Positions 27,757-32,000 of a stretch of 32,000 bases of DNA are shown one piece after another (position 1 is the stretch's first letter; each line of letters starts with the position of its first letter). The DNA comes from Wolbachia endosymbiont of Dirofilaria (Dirofilaria) immitis. GTDB taxonomy: Bacteria; Pseudomonadota; Alphaproteobacteria; Rickettsiales; Anaplasmataceae. The notes beneath the pieces are model-generated. The model searched no databases. It was given only the letters and a program-made list of their open reading frames with translations, and was not told the origin of the DNA. The DNA is taken from positions 840,001-872,000 of the forward strand of contig NZ_CP046578.1 of the NCBI RefSeq assembly GCF_013365455.1, written 5' to 3'. Both the position numbers and the translations under genes were made by a program.

Positions 27757-29409
27757 TCACTTAGCGGATAGTATTATATTGTATACTTCAACATCTAATA
27801 CTTCCACTTCTATTTTCTCTGATATAGAAAACTTTTTATTTTCTGGTAAATGCTTTTGATCTATTAAAAGAGCTAAACCATTTTCAACTTCAACAACTAA
27901 TCCGCTATCTTCCCTCTTGCTTACAATAGCCTGCATTTTATTACCTACCTTCACTTTCTTTATTAGTTCTATAAGAGGATCATACTCTATTTGCTTTATA
28001 CCAAGATAAATTCTTGCTCGATCTACATTAGCCCTTATTACTTTTGCTTCTATTATATCACCAACATTATACTTTTTTATTTGATCTAACCCATTCTTAG
28101 ACCAACTTATATCTTGTGCATAAACTGTCCCTTCTATATTCCCATCTATTTCATAATCATCAAAGGTAACAGATATATACAAGCCAGTATTGTTTTTAAT
28201 CTTACCAGAAACAATAGAACCAGGAGGATATTTATCAATAAATACTTGCCAAGGGTTATTTACACACCTTTTCATGCTCAAACTCATTCTATTCTTGATC
28301 GTATCAATACTGAGAATCTTGACGGACACTTCCTGTCCTCTGGTTACTAAATTACTAACTGGTAAATTATTCTTAATCCAAGTTATCTCTGATGAGTGCA
28401 CTAAACCTTCAATTCCAGGCTTAAGTTCAACAAATACCCCATAATCTTCTATGCTTGTTACGTGACCTTTATAGACACCATCAATTGGGTATTTTAACTC
28501 TATATCATGCCAAGGGTTATCCTCCAGTTGTTTTATACCTAGAGAAACTTTTGCATTTTCTTTATCTATTTTTATAACTTTGACTTTTATACTCTGACCA
28601 CAAGTAAAAACTGCAGATGGATGGCTCACTCTACTCCAAGAGATATCTGTAATATGCAATAATCCATCTACAACCCCTACTACATCTGATTCATGAATAC
28701 CAACAAATACACCATAATGAGTAATACTTTTTATTTTTCCTTCTATTATATCACCTTCATTTAGAGATTCTAAAAATTTAATTTTTTCACCAGCATGCAA
28801 TTTCTCTAATACCAGCTTCCTTGATACTACAATATTACCCTGTTTCCTATCTACTTTAAGTACAATGAACTTTTGCTCAGCATCAATAAGATGCTTAACA
28901 TCTTTTATTTGTTTCAAATCCACATGGCTCAGCGGTAAAAAAGCACTTATTCCATCACCAAGATCAACAATAAAGCCACACTTAATTGAACGTTTAATAA
29001 TTCCACTCACCTCAGTTTGCGTAGCCGCATCCTCTTCTAATTTATGCCACTTCTCATCTCTAATCGCTTTTTCACGGCTGAGAGCTACATTACCATGATA
29101 GTCTTCAATTCTTTCCACATACACCCTAATTTTAGAACCAACAGCAATCTCATCATTACAACCGAGTTCTTTGATTGGAATCCTACCGTCAGACTTTAAG
29201 CCGACATCGACTACTATGTCGTTAGGATTTATTCGTGTAATTATACCTTCTACTATATCTCCTTCTTTAATTTTCTTGATGAAAGAATCTTCAAATAAAA
29301 TGTTACCTTGATCTTCAAACTGATCTTGATATACCTCTTCTATGAACCTGTTTGACGATAGTCTTTTAATACTAATCGGCAAATTTATAGCTAGATCACT
29401 ACTACTCAT
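27757..29409 (-). CDS. rpsA: 30S ribosomal protein S1
   Basis: 550 aa made of repeated S1 OB-fold motifs (GDIVEGIITRI..., GFIVDLGDGISAFLP, YGVFVGI..., YGVFVELKPGIEGLVHSSE...). Confidence 0.97.
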   Translation of the reverse strand: MSSSDLAINLPISIKRLSSNRFIEEVYQDQFEDQGNILFEDSFIKKIKEGDIVEGIITRINPNDIVVDVGLKSDGRIPIKELGCNDEIAVGSKIRVYVERIEDYHGNVALSREKAIRDEKWHKLEEDAATQTEVSGIIKRSIKCGFIVDLGDGISAFLPLSHVDLKQIKDVKHLIDAEQKFIVLKVDRKQGNIVVSRKLVLEKLHAGEKIKFLESLNEGDIIEGKIKSITHYGVFVGIHESDVVGVVDGLLHITDISWSRVSHPSAVFTCGQSIKVKVIKIDKENAKVSLGIKQLEDNPWHDIELKYPIDGVYKGHVTSIEDYGVFVELKPGIEGLVHSSEITWIKNNLPVSNLVTRGQEVSVKILSIDTIKNRMSLSMKRCVNNPWQVFIDKYPPGSIVSGKIKNNTGLYISVTFDDYEIDGNIEGTVYAQDISWSKNGLDQIKKYNVGDIIEAKVIRANVDRARIYLGIKQIEYDPLIELIKKVKVGNKMQAIVSKREDSGLVVEVENGLALLIDQKHLPENKKFSISEKIEVEVLDVEVYNIILSAK

Positions 29410-29577
29410 ATTTTCTAACTTAAGTTTTATTAAATATAATATATAATATTAACAACCAGTTACAAGTAGTTTTTTTATTAATTCATCAATATACTTCAAA
29501 GAATTACCTAAGCTGCATAATAAAATATAGCTATCAAAATAAACCATTATAGTGCTTACAATATAAAATAATACTAA

Positions 29578-29650
29578 TGGAGGCAAGCGGGATTGAACCG
29601 CTGACCTTCTGCGTGCAAAACAGATGCTCTACCAGCTGAGCTATGCCCCC
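29578..29650 (-). tRNA. tRNA-Ala (anticodon UGC)
   Basis: The reverse complement GGGGGCATAGCTCAGCTGGTAGAGCATCTGTTTTGCACGCAGAAGGTCAGCGGTTCAATCCCGCTTGCCTCCA folds as a 73-nt cloverleaf. The anticodon loop is TTTGCAC, and the G3:U70 identity pair is present. CCA is not encoded. Confidence 0.97.
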
Positions 29651-29817
29651 ACAGTTGCTTATGAGCAATAAACTAACTTAGGCTAAGATATAAGAAGTGC
29701 TAAGCCATTGTCAAGAAGCTATATTATAGTATATACATTCCATATGTATAAAAATTTTAGTTTGATCAAAATAGACAAAAGATGTATTGATGTTTGGTAT
29801 AAATTAAAAAATGAAGT

Positions 29818-29890
29818 GATCCCGTAGCTCAGCCGGTAGAGCAACTGACTTTTAATCAGTAGGTCGCGCGTTCGACCCGCGCCGGGATCA
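29818..29890 (+). tRNA. tRNA-Lys (anticodon UUU)
   Basis: GATCCCGTAGCTCAGCCGGTAGAGCAACTGACTTTTAATCAGTAGGTCGCGCGTTCGACCCGCGCCGGGATCA has a perfect 7-bp acceptor stem, anticodon loop CTTTTAA and a TTCGACC T-loop. CCA is not encoded. Confidence 0.97.
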
Positions 29891-29929
29891 TCAAATATGT
29901 TTTATAAGCTTCTTTTATAATGTTCTTAG

Positions 29930-30927
29930 TATAATAGCATATTTAAATTGCCTACAAATATAGCTTTCCACTTCTAACTGTTTACTTTGAAATTCTCACT
30001 TTCTTCCTATAATTTATAATTTTTACCAATTTTCCAAAAAAGTAAGCACCTATTTATAATTTTAAGAAAAGCAAATAAATTCTTGTAACCCTAAAAGGAC
30101 TAACTTCTTAACATAATTGATTTACTAAATTAGCAATATAACTATACGTTATTTTTCCTATGGAATTAATATTTCTTTAGTCATAGTACAGCGAAGATAA
30201 TAGTTAAGACAAAAATCATATAATATAAACAGTTACTAGAAATGTAATATATAACAAGTACTAAAATAGAATGTCAAAGCTGAGAAATTAGACAAGAATA
30301 GACTTAATATAAATTACAAACTCAATAATCAATTTAGTTACTAAATATATCTGTCAAGGATAAGTTACAAGAATAATAAAGTTTTTAATAAAAAAGGAGC
30401 TAATATTAACGATTAAAGAAAGTGATTACTTAGAAACTTTGCTGTAGCTCCCCCATATACTAATCACCAATATCTCCATCAACCTTAGCTCTCGAAGTTA
30501 ACTGCACTAGAACACATCAAATACTTAACAATATGCAAAGCTTGTTCACTAATATCTGGCTTGAAACCACTAAACCATCAGTGTTCACCTCAAGCTTACA
30601 AGTATACATGATATCCAACGCATGCTCTGCATCAATAACAATAAACGCACATAATTCTCCCTTTCTTCTGCAATCACATGCAAAGCAAGAATAGTTTTAC
30701 AGAACTCTCAGAACTGAATACCTCAATTATCATCCCTTTAGCAACCCTTCAATGCTAAGAGCTAAATTAACGCAATCGACCTTGTGAACATCGTGTCTAT
30801 TCCTCTACAAGATTTTGCCTAAATTTCATTATTGAATCACTACCAAACGCTTTTTCAATTTAACTTATTACACATTGTCTAATGCTCTTCGTTTATTATT
30901 ATCTCTTTCCTCTGAGCTGCTTGCCAT
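29930..30927 (-). pseudogene. recA: recA relic, heavily eroded (many frameshifts and stops; 3' boundary approximate)
   Basis: The ATG at 30927 gives MASSSEERDNNKRRALDNV followed by a stop. Frame-hopping recovers IEKAFGSDSIMKF; VAKGMIIEVFSSESSVKLFLL (Walker A relic at 30692-30715); ALHVIAEE; AFIVIDAEHALD (30613-30648); KPDISEQALHIVKYLMCSSAVNF; GGATAKFLSNH; and NFSALTFYFS (about 30250-30280). All occur in RecA order. Confidence 0.85.
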
Positions 30928-31067
30928 GAATCATTTATTAATTATATAACCTTCATATTAATCGAATATTAATAACTTGCCAAGGGTTTTCTAACAACAA
31001 GAAACATTATCATAAAAAATTAGCTACCAAAAATTACATTAAAATAGAAATCAAACAGGCATTTATA

Positions 31068-31805
31068 ATGCGATATAAAATAATAACAGAATACAATGGC
31101 AGTAGCTTCTCTGGTTGGCAGAAACAGCAGCACTCTGCTAACTCAATCCAGGAAACTATAGAAAACGCAATATTTAACTTCAGTGGCGAGAAAACTACTT
31201 TATACTGCGGCGGAAGAACTGATGCAGGAGTTCATGCTTTAGGGCAAGTTGCTCATTTTGATATGGAAAGAGAATTTGAATCCCATAAAATAAGGAATGC
31301 AATAAATTATTACCTAAAATCGATTCCTGTAGTTATCCTTGATGTAGAAATTGTAGATAATGCATTTCACTCGCGATTTTCAGCAAAAAAAAGACATTAT
31401 GAGTACAGAATAATTAATCGCTATGCCCCTACAGCTTTAGAAGCTGGTTATGTGTGGCAAGTGTTTAACCCACTCGATGTAGATATCATGCGTAAGGCCG
31501 CCAAACACTTACTCGGAAAGCATAATCTTTCAAGCTTCCGTTCAAAAAACTGTCAAGCTAAAAACCCGATAAGAACAATCGATGATATTGAGATAACCCA
31601 AAATGGAAACCATATATACATTAAAATATCCGCTATTTCTTTCTTACATAATCAAGTGAGGATTATTGTCGGTACTTTAGTTAAATTCGGGAAAAATAGA
31701 ACTAATCCACAAGAAATGTTAAATATATTAAATCAACATAAAAGAAAGGCTGCTGGAGTTACTGCACCGCCTTGTGGTTTATACTTGGTAAAAATAGATT
31801 ACTAG
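31068..31805 (+). CDS. truA: tRNA pseudouridine(38-40) synthase TruA
   Basis: YNGSSFSGWQKQ..., catalytic GRTDAGVHALGQVAHFD, and FLHNQVRIIVGTL. Length is 245 aa. Confidence 0.95.
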   Translation: MRYKIITEYNGSSFSGWQKQQHSANSIQETIENAIFNFSGEKTTLYCGGRTDAGVHALGQVAHFDMEREFESHKIRNAINYYLKSIPVVILDVEIVDNAFHSRFSAKKRHYEYRIINRYAPTALEAGYVWQVFNPLDVDIMRKAAKHLLGKHNLSSFRSKNCQAKNPIRTIDDIEITQNGNHIYIKISAISFLHNQVRIIVGTLVKFGKNRTNPQEMLNILNQHKRKAAGVTAPPCGLYLVKIDY

Positions 31806-31809
31806 CAGC

Positions 31810-32000
31810 TTAAATTCTTATTGGCATTACTACATATAATGCATTTGGATCATTTTCATCAGTGATAATTGCAGCACTGTTACTATCAACCAAGGTAAAT
31901 TTACATTTATCTTTTATACAAGATAAAGCATCAAGCAAATACCGCGAATTAAATCCTATTTCTATAGGGGCTCCATTATAATTTACCTCTATAGATTCAG
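31810..32000 (-). CDS. dnaN: DNA polymerase III beta sliding clamp, C-terminal 62 codons (5' part outside the window)
   Basis: The minus frame from 31998 reads ESIEVNYNGAPIEIGFNSRYLLDALSCIKDKCKFTLVDSNSAAIITDENDPNALYVVMPIRI, then a stop at 31810-31812. This is the canonical DnaN C-terminus (IGFN.RYLLD...YVVMP.R.). It is not in the ORF track because it is partial. Confidence 0.9.
   Translation of the reverse strand, partial: ESIEVNYNGAPIEIGFNSRYLLDALSCIKDKCKFTLVDSNSAAIITDENDPNALYVVMPIRI

Noticed and set aside
27462-30927. All frameshifts in recA and ihfB could be sequencing or assembly artefacts.
   Set aside because: recA has many stops and substitutions in invariant motifs (Walker A GKT to VKL) in addition to frameshifts. 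The ihfB lesions include a non-homopolymer junction and an in-frame TAA. That is far more damage than typical error profiles produce while neighbouring genes remain perfectly intact.
1-32000. I searched for CRISPR arrays, IS or transposase ends, prophage or integrase genes, long tandem repeats, and rRNA, tmRNA or RNase P genes.
   Set aside because: I saw no regularly spaced direct repeats, no transposase or integrase-like ORFs or relic motifs, no additional tRNA-like T-arm (GGTTCGA-type) outside the two tRNAs, and no RNase P GGAAAGTCC core. A by-eye scan cannot exclude short or degenerate elements.

Overview
This is a strongly AT-rich chromosomal segment. Gene content and order (topA, trhO, apaG, purK, asd, ffh, rseP-bamA-skp-fabZ with no lpx genes, rpsA, truA, dnaN, two unlinked tRNAs) fit a reduced obligate-intracellular alphaproteobacterium of the Anaplasmataceae type (Wolbachia/Ehrlichia-like). 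The genus cannot be resolved from this window. About 22 apparently intact housekeeping CDS are separated by several unusually long (0.65-1.4 kb) spacers that the ORF track shows as empty. Reading those spacers by hand in all frames shows eroded genes. A heavily decayed recA lies at about 29.9-30.9 kb. An ihfB relic sits directly downstream of rpsA at 27.46-27.73 kb. ispH/lytB at 10.9-11.9 kb is broken by three single-nucleotide indels. The large Fe-S flavoprotein gene appears to have lost its 3' (NAD-binding) part at 18.4-19.3 kb, and a strong terminator remains stranded 0.86 kb past its stop codon. Other spacers hold unidentifiable relic-like fragments. A tandem pair of diverged APC/APA amino-acid/polyamine permease paralogs is present. 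I saw no transposase, integrase, phage gene, CRISPR array, toxin-antitoxin pair or defence module, and I cannot support any novel multi-gene system here. The most interesting signal is graded, ongoing decay of recombination (recA), nucleoid-architecture (ihfB) and isoprenoid (ispH) functions hidden in 'intergenic' DNA. All homology statements come from motif recognition by eye and need blastx/HMM confirmation.
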